A stretch of 64,000 bases of DNA from an uncultured cyanobacterium (GTDB taxonomy: Bacteria > Cyanobacteriota > Cyanobacteriia > Cyanobacteriales > Cyanobacteriaceae): NCBI GenBank assembly GCA_963749915.1, contig CAVVOP010000022.1, positions 1 to 64,000 of the forward strand. The letters are read 5' to 3'. The notes beneath the pieces are model-generated. The model had not been told where the DNA came from. It saw only the letters and a list, made by a program, of their open reading frames with translations, and made no database searches. The position numbers and the translations under genes are program-made. Shown here piece after piece: positions 32,374-42,042 of the stretch. The first letter of the stretch is position 1, and each line of letters begins with the position of its first letter.

Positions 32374-34722
32374 ATGACTAATAATTCTCCTTTCATCAGC
32401 TATCACCAATATTTACAGGAACACTTCTCGGAAATTAATTTATCATCATTACCTCTATGGAAATCAGCAGAGGAAACAGATTGGGACAGTCCTTCTACGG
32501 CTATAGAGTTAAATAATTTTGCCGTCGTAAATATTATTGAAGCAGAAAACACTCAGGATACTTCTTTAAGGCAATTTTATCTAGAATTGGCCATTGAAGC
32601 CTTAGAAACGGCTTTAAATGTGGAAGAAACTAATCCTCTTTGTGTGGCACATTTGGGTATTATTAAAAATTTATTGGGTGAAACCAATCTTGGTTGCAAT
32701 ATAGAATATTCTAATTTATTGACGCTTTTGCCTATTATTTTTACACAAAAAAATAATTTACCAGCTGGATTCGTTTATTTACCGATTCCATTAAGGAATA
32801 AAGCAAAAAACAAGGAAAATTTACAAAAAATAATTAGTTTAGATAATGGCTATTTACAGGCTTTTTATCTATTAATTGCTGATTTAGAACAGTCACAGAT
32901 GGTTTTTTACAACCCTTGGGGATTAAGGATGCTTAATTTAGTTAATCAAATAATACCTGATGCTGTTAATATTAAGCTCAATTTAGGCATAAGTAGTCTT
33001 TTTAATAAACAAGTCGAAGGTTTACTTTATCTATATCAAGCGGGACAATTAGAATCTCATAACAGTAGAGTTGTTCAATCTTTGTATCTTTGCTATTGTG
33101 ATCTCGACGATCAACAATTAGCTAATAGTTATTATCAATATGGCAATAATTATTATCAGCAAAATCGTGAAAATATAAACTGGCAATGGGCAAATTTACC
33201 ACTGGAAAATTCCTGGACTTATCTTAAATTTGATGATAATTTATTAATGGCTGTGGAAGCTAGTTTCAAATCTATTGTTACGGCTGTTTTATTGGCACAA
33301 GAAGATTGGTTTGAGAAAGAAATGGAGTTATGGCGAGATGAAATTAAGCCTAATATGACAGTAATTGATGTGGGTGCCAATGTTGGTGTTTATACCTTTA
33401 GTGCCGCTAAAAGAGTCGGAAAAAATGGAAAAGTAATAGCAGTTGAACCGTTTTTTGGCTGTGTAGAATGTTTAGAGGAAACCCGTAGAATCAACAAATT
33501 AGATTGGGTGAATATTTGTGCTGGTGCGGCAGGAGATAGCAATAAAACTGTTAAACTATCCTTACATCAAGCCAGTGAATTAAACGAAATTATTAAAGAC
33601 GATTCAGGTCTCCAAGGCAATTATCAAGAGGTGGAATGTTTTACCCTCGATAGTTTAGTGGAAAAATATAATTTATCTACCGTTGACTGGTTAAAATTAG
33701 ATGCCGAAGGTAACGAAATTGAAGTATTACTCGGTAGCAGTCGCATTTTATCGGACTTTAAGCCCAGTATCTTATACGAAAATATCGCCGGTAGTCAAGG
33801 AAATAATATCCCCGTCGCTCAATATTTACTGAGTATTGGCTATGAGTTGTTCTATTATCAACCCTTTCTTAAACAATTAATTCAACTTGAATCACTAGAA
33901 GAATTATCAGGTAAATTAAATATTATTGCACTACCAAGGATAAACCAATCAGATATATCCAATTTACCCAAAGCCCAAGCAGAAGATTTTGTCGGAAGGT
34001 TTAGAGAAATCTTGGCCGATCCAAGTAATAAATATATTCCTAGATGTGAAAATGCCGGCAAACTAGAAAATGGTTATGTGATCATGCACAACGGGTTAAA
34101 AGTTTTTCCTACTTATTATGGTAATTTCTCTCAAATTCTTATCTTCAATAAGGGAGTTCACGAACCACAAGAAGAAAGAATGTTTATGGAAGTTTTAAAA
34201 TATATAAAACCAGGTGGGACAATGATTGAATTGGGGGCTTATTGGTCTTTTTATTCAATGTGGTTTCACCAACAAATACCCGATGCAAGGAATTATATGA
34301 TTGAACCGGATCCCAATAATATTCGTTGTGGAGTTGATAACTTTGAACTTAATAACATGATCGGTAATTTTGTTATTGGTGGAATAGGTGAAGGGGGAAT
34401 AGTTCTCAACGATTTTATGTCAGATAATGAGATTGATTATATAGATTTATTACATTTAGATATTCAGGGGACTGAATTATATTTTTTAAAAAATACTGAA
34501 ATTATCTTTTTAGAAAAAAAAGTTGGCTATATTTTTATCTCAACTCATAGTCAGGATTTACACTCACAATGTATGCAGTTTTTGCAAGATCATGATTACA
34601 TGATTTTAGCTTCGGCAGATTTTGAGAATGAAACTTATTGTTATGATGGTGTTATTGTAGCAAGAGATAATAATATACAAGGACTAAGTCCTATTAAACT
34701 TGACGTCCGGAAATGTGTTTAA
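32374..34722 (+). CDS. TPR-like N-terminus plus two FkbM-family methyltransferase domains
   Basis: Domain 1: VIDVGANVGVYT...AVEP...LKLDAEGNE; domain 2: MIELGAYWSFYS...MIEPD...LHLDIQGTE. Confidence 0.85.
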   Translation: MTNNSPFISYHQYLQEHFSEINLSSLPLWKSAEETDWDSPSTAIELNNFAVVNIIEAENTQDTSLRQFYLELAIEALETALNVEETNPLCVAHLGIIKNLLGETNLGCNIEYSNLLTLLPIIFTQKNNLPAGFVYLPIPLRNKAKNKENLQKIISLDNGYLQAFYLLIADLEQSQMVFYNPWGLRMLNLVNQIIPDAVNIKLNLGISSLFNKQVEGLLYLYQAGQLESHNSRVVQSLYLCYCDLDDQQLANSYYQYGNNYYQQNRENINWQWANLPLENSWTYLKFDDNLLMAVEASFKSIVTAVLLAQEDWFEKEMELWRDEIKPNMTVIDVGANVGVYTFSAAKRVGKNGKVIAVEPFFGCVECLEETRRINKLDWVNICAGAAGDSNKTVKLSLHQASELNEIIKDDSGLQGNYQEVECFTLDSLVEKYNLSTVDWLKLDAEGNEIEVLLGSSRILSDFKPSILYENIAGSQGNNIPVAQYLLSIGYELFYYQPFLKQLIQLESLEELSGKLNIIALPRINQSDISNLPKAQAEDFVGRFREILADPSNKYIPRCENAGKLENGYVIMHNGLKVFPTYYGNFSQILIFNKGVHEPQEERMFMEVLKYIKPGGTMIELGAYWSFYSMWFHQQIPDARNYMIEPDPNNIRCGVDNFELNNMIGNFVIGGIGEGGIVLNDFMSDNEIDYIDLLHLDIQGTELYFLKNTEIIFLEKKVGYIFISTHSQDLHSQCMQFLQDHDYMILASADFENETYCYDGVIVARDNNIQGLSPIKLDVRKCV

Positions 34723-34787
34723 AAGCTAAAAAGTTACATTACCCTATTTTTATACTGATAAAATCAGCTTAATGTTAATTATTGATT

Positions 34788-35990
34788 ATGATTTACGATT
34801 TTGCAATTATTGGCGGTGGTATTGTCGGGTTAGCTACGGCGATCGCCTTACAAGAAAAATATCCCGAGAGAACAATTATCTTAGTAGAAAAAGAAAGTAA
34901 ATGTGCCGCCCATCAAACAGGGCATAATAGCGGAGTGATACATTCAGGAGTATATTATAAACCCGGCAGTTATAAGGCAATTTTAACCACCAAAGGAAAT
35001 CGAGAATTAGTCAAGTTTTGTCAACAACACAATATCAATCATGATGTGTGCGGTAAATTAATTGTCGCTTGTCAAGAAAAAGAATTACCCCTCCTTGAAA
35101 ATTTATATCAGCGGGGTTTGGATAATGGCATCCCCGTAAAAAAAGTATCAGCTGAAGAAGTCAAAGAAATCGAGCCTTACGTTAGTTGTTTAGCTGCAAT
35201 ACAAGTACCAACGGCGGGAATTGTTGACTATAAGCAAGTGGCTCAAAAATACGCTGAAATCTTCACCCATAAAGGCGGAGAAATTAAATTCAAGACTAAA
35301 GTAATTAAAATAAATTCTCAATCTTCAGGGCCTATTTTAATCACTAATCAAGGAGACATCACCACTAAATATCTCATCAACTGCGGTGGTTTATATAGCG
35401 ATCGCATCGCCAAATTAGGGGGTACTGATGCGAAAATGAAAATTATACCCTTCCGAGGCGAATATTATGAATTAAAGCCTGAAAAACGCTATTTGGTGAA
35501 ACATTTAATCTACCCTGTACCAAATCCAGATTTTCCATTCTTAGGGGTACACTTCACCCGTTTAATTGACGGAAATATTCATGCAGGACCTAATGCTGTG
35601 TTAAGTTTAAAACGAGAGGGCTATAAAAAAACCGACTTTGACTTAGGAGAATTTGCCGAAATTGTTACCTATCCGGGGTTATGGAAATTAGTGCTTAAAT
35701 ATTATGCTGAAGGGATGGAAGAAATTATCCGTTCTTTCAGTAAAGCGGCTTTTGTCCGTAGTTTGCAAACCCTCATTCCCCAAGTACAAGCCAATGATCT
35801 TATTCCTTCTCCTGGTGGAGTGAGGGCACAAGCACTCAAAACCGACGGCAAATTAGTAGAAGACTTTTTAATTATACCCACTGAAAACGCTCTTCATGTC
35901 TGTAATGCCCCTTCCCCTGCTGCTACTGCCTCCCTGGAAATTGGGAAAGCCATTTGTGAGCAAATTTCTAGTAAACCTCTTTTCAAGTGA
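34788..35990 (+). CDS. lhgO: L-2-hydroxyglutarate oxidase
   Basis: GGGIVG, HQTGHNSGVIHSGVYYKPGS, FPFLGVHFT, NAPSPAATASL. Confidence 0.93.
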   Translation: MIYDFAIIGGGIVGLATAIALQEKYPERTIILVEKESKCAAHQTGHNSGVIHSGVYYKPGSYKAILTTKGNRELVKFCQQHNINHDVCGKLIVACQEKELPLLENLYQRGLDNGIPVKKVSAEEVKEIEPYVSCLAAIQVPTAGIVDYKQVAQKYAEIFTHKGGEIKFKTKVIKINSQSSGPILITNQGDITTKYLINCGGLYSDRIAKLGGTDAKMKIIPFRGEYYELKPEKRYLVKHLIYPVPNPDFPFLGVHFTRLIDGNIHAGPNAVLSLKREGYKKTDFDLGEFAEIVTYPGLWKLVLKYYAEGMEEIIRSFSKAAFVRSLQTLIPQVQANDLIPSPGGVRAQALKTDGKLVEDFLIIPTENALHVCNAPSPAATASLEIGKAICEQISSKPLFK

Positions 35991-36038
35991 TTAAGTAACA
36001 AAGTTAATTGTATTCAGAAAAAATGAGTAATTGAATCT

Positions 36039-37685
36039 ATGGTAAATATCACTCAAGTATTTGATGGGTTGACGAAGAAAAAAGCATTAAAAGATTATAT
36101 TCTAGGTGCTATCGATATTGGCACAAATTCCATACATATGGTCGTAGTGCAAATTAATTCTCAAATTCCCTCTTTCCGTATTATTGCCAAAGAAAAAGAT
36201 ACTGTTAGACTTGGCGATCGCGATCCCGAAACAGGTAATCTTACAGAGGAAGCCATCAATCGTTCTTTAGCCGCCCTGAAGCGATGTAAACACCTAGCGG
36301 AAAGTTTAAAAGCCGATCAAATTATTGCCGTAGCTACCAGTGCCACAAGAGAAGCACCCAACGGCAATGAATTTTTAAGAAAAATAGAATCAGAATTAAG
36401 CATTTTTGTCGATTTAATTTCTGGCCAGGAAGAAGCCCGAAGAATTTATCTAGGAGTCTTATCGGGCATGGATTTTGGCGGAAAAGTTCACGCTATGATT
36501 GATATTGGTGGAGGCTCAACAGAGATAGTATTAGGAGATGGTCAAGAAGCCAGATTTTTAAGTAGCACTAAAATAGGAGCTGTTCGTCTCACACGCGATT
36601 TAATTCATAGCGATCCTATTAATAATCGAGAATTTATTACTTTGCAGGCGTATATTCGAGGGATGTTAGAACGCCCTGTAGAAGAATTTAAAAATGCCCT
36701 CAATCCAGGAGAAAAGCCTATTTTAGTGGGCACATCGGGCACGGCGGAAACTTTAGCGTTAATTCATTATAGCCTCCATCAAGAAGCTGAACCTTTAACC
36801 TTGAATGGTTATCGAATACCACTAAAAGATATAGAGAGAATTTTAAATCAACTCATCTCTATGAATTACTCTCAACGTGCCACCTTACCCGGAATGTCTG
36901 AACGCAGAGCGGAAATTATTATCGCGGGGGTTACAATTTTACTAGAGGCTATGAAAATGTTGGAGATGGAAGACCTTAACATTTGTGAACGTGCCTTGCG
37001 AGAAGGAGTAATTGTGGATTGGATGTTGCAACACGGTTACATTGAAGATCGTCTAGCTTTTCAAGGAGAGGTTCGCCCCCGTAATATTTACAAAATTGCC
37101 CATAAATATCAAGTCGATTTACCTCATGCCGAAAAAATCGCCGATTTTGCCCTAAATATCTTTGATTCCACAAAAAATCAATTACATTCTTGGGGGGATT
37201 TAGAGCGAGAATATCTTTGGTCGGCAACTATCCTACATAATTCTGGTTTATATATCTCCCATTCTGCCCATCATAAACACTCTTATTATTTAATTCGCAA
37301 TGCTGAATTGTTAGGGTTTACCGAAATCGAAATCGAATTGATCGCCCAAATTGCCCGTTATCACCGTAAAAGTAAACCGAAGCGAAAACATGAAACCTAT
37401 GCTTGTTTATCAGATTCCCATCGTAAAATAATTAAACAATTAAGTGCTATTCTCAGATTAGCGATCGCCCTCGATCGTCGTCAAATTGGAGCCATAAAAA
37501 GTCTAGAATGTAGATATGACAACGAATATAAACAATTACATTTACACCTAACGCCAACTCAACCTAATGATGATTGTGCCTTAGAACTATGGAATTTAGA
37601 CTACAAAAAGCCAATTTTTGAACAAGAATATCAAGTTAAAGTTCTAACTACACTACATAAACCCTACATTGCACAGGTTTCCTAA
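36039..37685 (+). CDS. ppx: Exopolyphosphatase Ppx/GppA
   Basis: AIDIGTNSIH, ATSATREA, DIGGGSTE, ALREG; C-terminal HD-like domain. Confidence 0.95.
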   Translation: MVNITQVFDGLTKKKALKDYILGAIDIGTNSIHMVVVQINSQIPSFRIIAKEKDTVRLGDRDPETGNLTEEAINRSLAALKRCKHLAESLKADQIIAVATSATREAPNGNEFLRKIESELSIFVDLISGQEEARRIYLGVLSGMDFGGKVHAMIDIGGGSTEIVLGDGQEARFLSSTKIGAVRLTRDLIHSDPINNREFITLQAYIRGMLERPVEEFKNALNPGEKPILVGTSGTAETLALIHYSLHQEAEPLTLNGYRIPLKDIERILNQLISMNYSQRATLPGMSERRAEIIIAGVTILLEAMKMLEMEDLNICERALREGVIVDWMLQHGYIEDRLAFQGEVRPRNIYKIAHKYQVDLPHAEKIADFALNIFDSTKNQLHSWGDLEREYLWSATILHNSGLYISHSAHHKHSYYLIRNAELLGFTEIEIELIAQIARYHRKSKPKRKHETYACLSDSHRKIIKQLSAILRLAIALDRRQIGAIKSLECRYDNEYKQLHLHLTPTQPNDDCALELWNLDYKKPIFEQEYQVKVLTTLHKPYIAQVS

Positions 37686-37705
37686 CAGAGGAAATAATAT
37701 TTATG

Positions 37706-38281
37706 TCATAATTTCATATTTTCATAGTCTTGAGGGGTATTGCAATTAAACAATGTTTGCCTATTTTTAACTACTAATTCCTCGACTATTTCTTGATTTA
37801 ACCATCGCTGAAAAGATCGATTTCCTCCTTCTATAGATTTTTGTAAAGAATTTTGACAATGGCGGCGATAAAAACCACATAAACATTCCCAACCCTTTTC
37901 ATTTTTCGGTAAAAAGGCCATAGTATTTTCGGGAATATTGGACAGAGAATTAATCCAATTTTTAAGATCATTTATTGTTAAAAAAGGTAAATCACAGGCT
38001 AAGAGTAAAACCCAATCAGAATCGATATAATTTAAAGCCCCAGAAAAAGCCATTAACCCCCCCTGAAAATTTGATGATTCGGAAATAAAATTACAATTTA
38101 CAGGCAAGATAGAAGCATATTTTTCAGCCCAAGGAGTCATAATATAAACTTGAGCGGTACATTGTTTAGCTATATGATAAATTTTACTTAATAAAGGTTC
38201 TCCATTTATCTCTAATAAAGCCTTATCTTTCTGCATCCTAGAACTTTTCCCCCCCGCCAAAATAACCGTCACAATTTTCAT
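37706..38281 (-). CDS. mobA: Molybdenum cofactor guanylyltransferase
   Basis: ILAGGKSSRMQKDKA, LACDLP, FNCNTPQD. Confidence 0.93.
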   Translation of the reverse strand: MKIVTVILAGGKSSRMQKDKALLEINGEPLLSKIYHIAKQCTAQVYIMTPWAEKYASILPVNCNFISESSNFQGGLMAFSGALNYIDSDWVLLLACDLPFLTINDLKNWINSLSNIPENTMAFLPKNEKGWECLCGFYRRHCQNSLQKSIEGGNRSFQRWLNQEIVEELVVKNRQTLFNCNTPQDYENMKL

Positions 38282-38328
38282 AAATTAATCAGCAATTATT
38301 AATTATCAATTATCAATTATTTATTGTC

Positions 38329-38802
38329 ATGGCAATCAGAATCAAAGTTTCTCAAGATAAAGCCAATTTAGTACAAAGTTTAGTTTTAAATAACGAAAAT
38401 CCTCAAGGAGTATTTGCCACTTATGCAGATGCAATGGCTTTTGCAGCAGCATTGGGCAAAAAAAATAAACTCAGATTACCATTAGATGTCATTGCCAAAG
38501 AACCATCTCCCATCAGTTTAGATGTTTTTAGTACTCGTGGATATGATCTTTTATTTAAACTTATAGCTATTACTGAAACCAGTAATCCCCAAATTATCTC
38601 TGCTTATAATATCACGGCAGAAGAAGAAAGAGTCACTATTTTTGAAGAATATGCTAATGGAGGATTAATGAAGCTACAAGAACAACTCAAAGGATCAGTC
38701 GATTATGGTGAGAGAATTTTATTGATTTTAAGTCAGGCAAAAAACCAACAATCGCAAACAACTTCTACTAATTTCGATTTAACTAAATTTTTAGAAGAAT
38801 AA
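38329..38802 (+). CDS. DNA phosphorothioation (Dnd)-associated protein 4 family
   Basis: RIKVSQDKA.LV..L, FATYADAMAFAAALG and IFEEYANGGL recognised by eye. Confidence 0.75.
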   Translation: MAIRIKVSQDKANLVQSLVLNNENPQGVFATYADAMAFAAALGKKNKLRLPLDVIAKEPSPISLDVFSTRGYDLLFKLIAITETSNPQIISAYNITAEEERVTIFEEYANGGLMKLQEQLKGSVDYGERILLILSQAKNQQSQTTSTNFDLTKFLEE

Positions 38803-38843
38803 ACAGTTTTTGATGTTGCCAAAATCTATTAATTATTAATTAT

Positions 38844-40226
38844 TTATTCCTCTCCGCCGACAACTACATCTTTAATACGCAAACTAGGACCTCCACAGCC
38901 TACAGCTAAACCACCTTGTCCACCTTTTCCACAACCCCCAGATTCATCCCAGTAAAAATCATCACCAATGGCTTCTATATTCCCTAGAGTTTTAAAGACA
39001 TTACCTGATAAAGTAACATTTTTGACTGGTTCGGCAATCTTTCCGTCTCGAATCATCCATGCTTCCCCTGGGGTAAAGGTAAACATTTCGCCGTTGGTCA
39101 TGCCTCCTAACCAATTGGCGGCATAAACTCCTTCTTTGATGTGGGTGAATAGATCCGCCACGGGGGTTTTACCTCTGCCAATCCAAGTGTTAGTCATTCT
39201 GACGATGGGAGGATAATGATAATTTAAGCATCTGGCGTTACCTGTGGGTTTTTCCCCCAATTTTCCGGCAGTTTCACGGGAATGTAAACGTCCCGCTAAA
39301 ATACCATCTTTGATTAATTGAGTCGTGGTGGCGGGTGTGCCCTCATCATCATAATAATAACTGCCTCGGTGTCCTTCTAGCATTGCACCGTCAAAAATCT
39401 GTAAAAATTCTTCGCCAAATTTGCGTCCCATGGTCATGACTTCTAATAAATCGGGGTTTTCGTAAGCCATATCGGCTTCTGATAAATGCCCAAAGGCTTC
39501 ATGGACGAATAAACCTGTTAAAATGGGATCAATTACCACGTCATATGTACCACCTTTCACCGATGGCAGACTTAAGGCGTTGACTGCCCGTTTTGCCGCA
39601 TTTTCTACCTTTATATCTAAGTTGGTTAAATCTTCATAGGCTTTTTTTGTGCCGGTGGTTTCTCTGCCCGTTTGCACCAATTCCCCATTTTTGGCGGTGG
39701 CACTAAACCTCATTTCACAATCAATCCACCATTGCTCAATCATACTTCCTTCGGAGGTTGCCAATAAAACTGTTTGTTGAGAGTCTCGGTAACTAACATT
39801 AGAAGTTGTGATTTGTGGGTGATGTTCCCCTAAAATACGATTATAGCGATCGCAGAGTTGTTTTTTATCAAAAAGTGGAATTAAACGGGGATTTGAGCCT
39901 GTGAGGGGCAATTTGCAGCTGATTTGTATGGGGGATACAGGGGCTAAAATAGTCTCATCATCGCCCACTAAACGAGCGGAAGTAATGGCATCCTCTATTC
40001 TTTCTCTAAGTTGGGTTAAATCATTGAAAGTGGCAAAACCCCAACCCCCTTGATAACAAGCCCTAACCTGACCACCGACGGAGACTCCTTCGCTCAAGGT
40101 TTCGACTTGATTACCACGTAGAACAATGTTACTACCCTCTGCTTTTTCCAGGCGAATTGTCAAAAAATCAACTCGATGATGGTAATGATTAATTAAATCC
40201 GAGAGTTGATTACGGTAGTCTTCCAT
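38844..40226 (-). CDS. tldD: TldD/PmbA family metalloprotease
   Basis: FVHEAFGHLSEAD (HExxxH), DDEG, RMTNT, GCGKGGQ. Confidence 0.9.
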   Translation of the reverse strand: MEDYRNQLSDLINHYHHRVDFLTIRLEKAEGSNIVLRGNQVETLSEGVSVGGQVRACYQGGWGFATFNDLTQLRERIEDAITSARLVGDDETILAPVSPIQISCKLPLTGSNPRLIPLFDKKQLCDRYNRILGEHHPQITTSNVSYRDSQQTVLLATSEGSMIEQWWIDCEMRFSATAKNGELVQTGRETTGTKKAYEDLTNLDIKVENAAKRAVNALSLPSVKGGTYDVVIDPILTGLFVHEAFGHLSEADMAYENPDLLEVMTMGRKFGEEFLQIFDGAMLEGHRGSYYYDDEGTPATTTQLIKDGILAGRLHSRETAGKLGEKPTGNARCLNYHYPPIVRMTNTWIGRGKTPVADLFTHIKEGVYAANWLGGMTNGEMFTFTPGEAWMIRDGKIAEPVKNVTLSGNVFKTLGNIEAIGDDFYWDESGGCGKGGQGGLAVGCGGPSLRIKDVVVGGEE

Positions 40227-40273
40227 GATGGTGATAGTTAGTTAGTGGCTTCTAACAATAATAGTAAACTTAA

Positions 40274-40834
40274 ATGATAAACTCAAAAATAATGAATAAT
40301 TCTCTTAAAGAATCCAATTTTCCCATATCCCCCCTAATCAAAATCACCTTACTTAATCTTTATTTTGCCTTAACAATTCCTCTACCATTTTTAGCCAAAT
40401 TTGCCGCCGTTAATCTTCCCCTGTGGCTTTTTTGCCTTTTTTTAATCTTAGGTGCCATCGCCATTTTTGCCATATTGAGTGAGAGAGTAATCCTCAATGA
40501 CGAAGGCATAAGGGTATCTTATCCTCAATGGGTATCATGGTTGTGGCGTAAAGGCTGGAGTTTGCCCTGGAGTGATATTGATAGCCTGAAAATGCGTACT
40601 ACTGGACAAGGAGGAATAGTATATTATTTTGTCACAAAAAGTAGGGATAAGGCCTACTTATTACCGATGAGGGTGTCAGGATTTAACAAAATGGTACAGG
40701 AAGTGCAAAACAAAACAAGCATTGATACAACCGATATTCGCCCGTTAGCACAACCTTGGATGTATCTTTTCTTGTTAGTGTTTACTTTTTTTCTCTGGTT
40801 AATAGATATTTGGACAATTGCTAACGCTATATAA
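40274..40834 (+). CDS. Conserved cyanobacterial membrane protein
   Basis: FPISPLIKITL..LY.ALT.PLP; three TM segments; RTTGQGG.VYYF. Confidence 0.75.
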   Translation: MINSKIMNNSLKESNFPISPLIKITLLNLYFALTIPLPFLAKFAAVNLPLWLFCLFLILGAIAIFAILSERVILNDEGIRVSYPQWVSWLWRKGWSLPWSDIDSLKMRTTGQGGIVYYFVTKSRDKAYLLPMRVSGFNKMVQEVQNKTSIDTTDIRPLAQPWMYLFLLVFTFFLWLIDIWTIANAI

Positions 40835-40895
40835 TTGTCAGCAATAAAAATGTCAAAATAAAAAGTTTTTGATTCTACATTCTACATTCTTAATT

Positions 40896-41072
40896 CTACT
40901 CTTCTCCTTCTTCTTCTTCTTTAGTGATATAAACAAAACTGTTGGATTTTCCAGTCAACACTGATTTACCCAAAGATAAGGCTTTTTGTGCTTGTACTTC
41001 AGCTTTTTTAATCCAATGGGCTCGACGTTGATTACGTTTAGATTTAGATGTTTTCTTTTTAGGTACTGCCAT
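40896..41072 (-). CDS. rpmF: 50S ribosomal protein L32
   Basis: Manual translation: [58 protein letters not shown] (58 aa, below the ORF-track cutoff). Confidence 0.97.
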   Translation of the reverse strand: MAVPKKKTSKSKRNQRRAHWIKKAEVQAQKALSLGKSVLTGKSNSFVYITKEEEEGEE

Positions 41073-41165
41073 AAAGTTAAAATAATAATTTGATGATCAG
41101 ACAATTTTACTATTCTAACCATAGTTGACATACTGTGACAATATTTTAAATTCCCGTGGGAAAGG

Positions 41166-41915
41166 TCAGTCATTTTCTACCAATTCAAAATTTGCTGTGA
41201 CATTTTGGACATCATCCAAGGATTCGAGGGAATCCATTAAACGCAGTAAGTATTTTGTCTGTTCTTGATCGCTAATTTCGATACTATTATTTGGTATCCA
41301 CCGCAATTCTACTTCTTTGACGGTAAAATGATGACTAGTCAATATTTGGTTTAAATTTTCTAATTGATCGATGGTAGTGAAAACTTCTACACCTTGATAA
41401 TCTTCCTCGTCAATAATGTCATAACTATCAGCATCAGCCTCTAAACAAGCCTCTAATAATTTTTCTTCTTCCACTTCCCCTTCAATAATAGCTATCCCTT
41501 TTTGAGCAAACATCCAACTAACGCAACCAGTTTCCCCCAGATTACCACCATTTTTGGTGAATGCCGAGCGAATATCTGCCGCCGTACGATTACGATTGTC
41601 TGTCAACGCTTCAACTAACACCGCAACCCCGCCGATACCGTAACCCTCATATCTGATTTCTTCTAAAATATTCTCATCATCGCTATATGTACCAGCACCT
41701 TTAGCGATCGCTCTTTCTATGTTATCATTGGGTATGGCCGCTGCCTTCGCCTTTTCGATAGCCGTACGCAACTGAAAATTACCTTCGGGATCGGGGATTC
41801 CCTTACGAGCGGCTACGATGATAGCACGAGAAAGTTGTGTAAAAGTTTTACCTTTTTTAGCATCAACGACGGCTTTTTTTCGTTTAATATTTGCCCATTT
41901 ACTATGTCCTGCCAT
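41166..41915 (-). CDS. yebC: YebC/PmpR family protein
   Basis: MAGHSKWANIKRKK, YEGYG, TDNRNRT, DDVQNV. Confidence 0.96.
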   Translation of the reverse strand: MAGHSKWANIKRKKAVVDAKKGKTFTQLSRAIIVAARKGIPDPEGNFQLRTAIEKAKAAAIPNDNIERAIAKGAGTYSDDENILEEIRYEGYGIGGVAVLVEALTDNRNRTAADIRSAFTKNGGNLGETGCVSWMFAQKGIAIIEGEVEEEKLLEACLEADADSYDIIDEEDYQGVEVFTTIDQLENLNQILTSHHFTVKEVELRWIPNNSIEISDQEQTKYLLRLMDSLESLDDVQNVTANFELVEND

Positions 41916-42042
41916 GATTTTTTGATTATTCAATCAAACCGTTGAAATGTCATTATTCATTATCAATTATTAATTATCTTATATTAATTAGTGGAAGAAA
42001 CCTTTCCCCTACATTGTCACCAAAAAACTTTTTCACCACATC

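Noticed and set aside
40955..41173. 72-aa minus-strand ORF
   Set aside because: Shadow of rpmF in another frame
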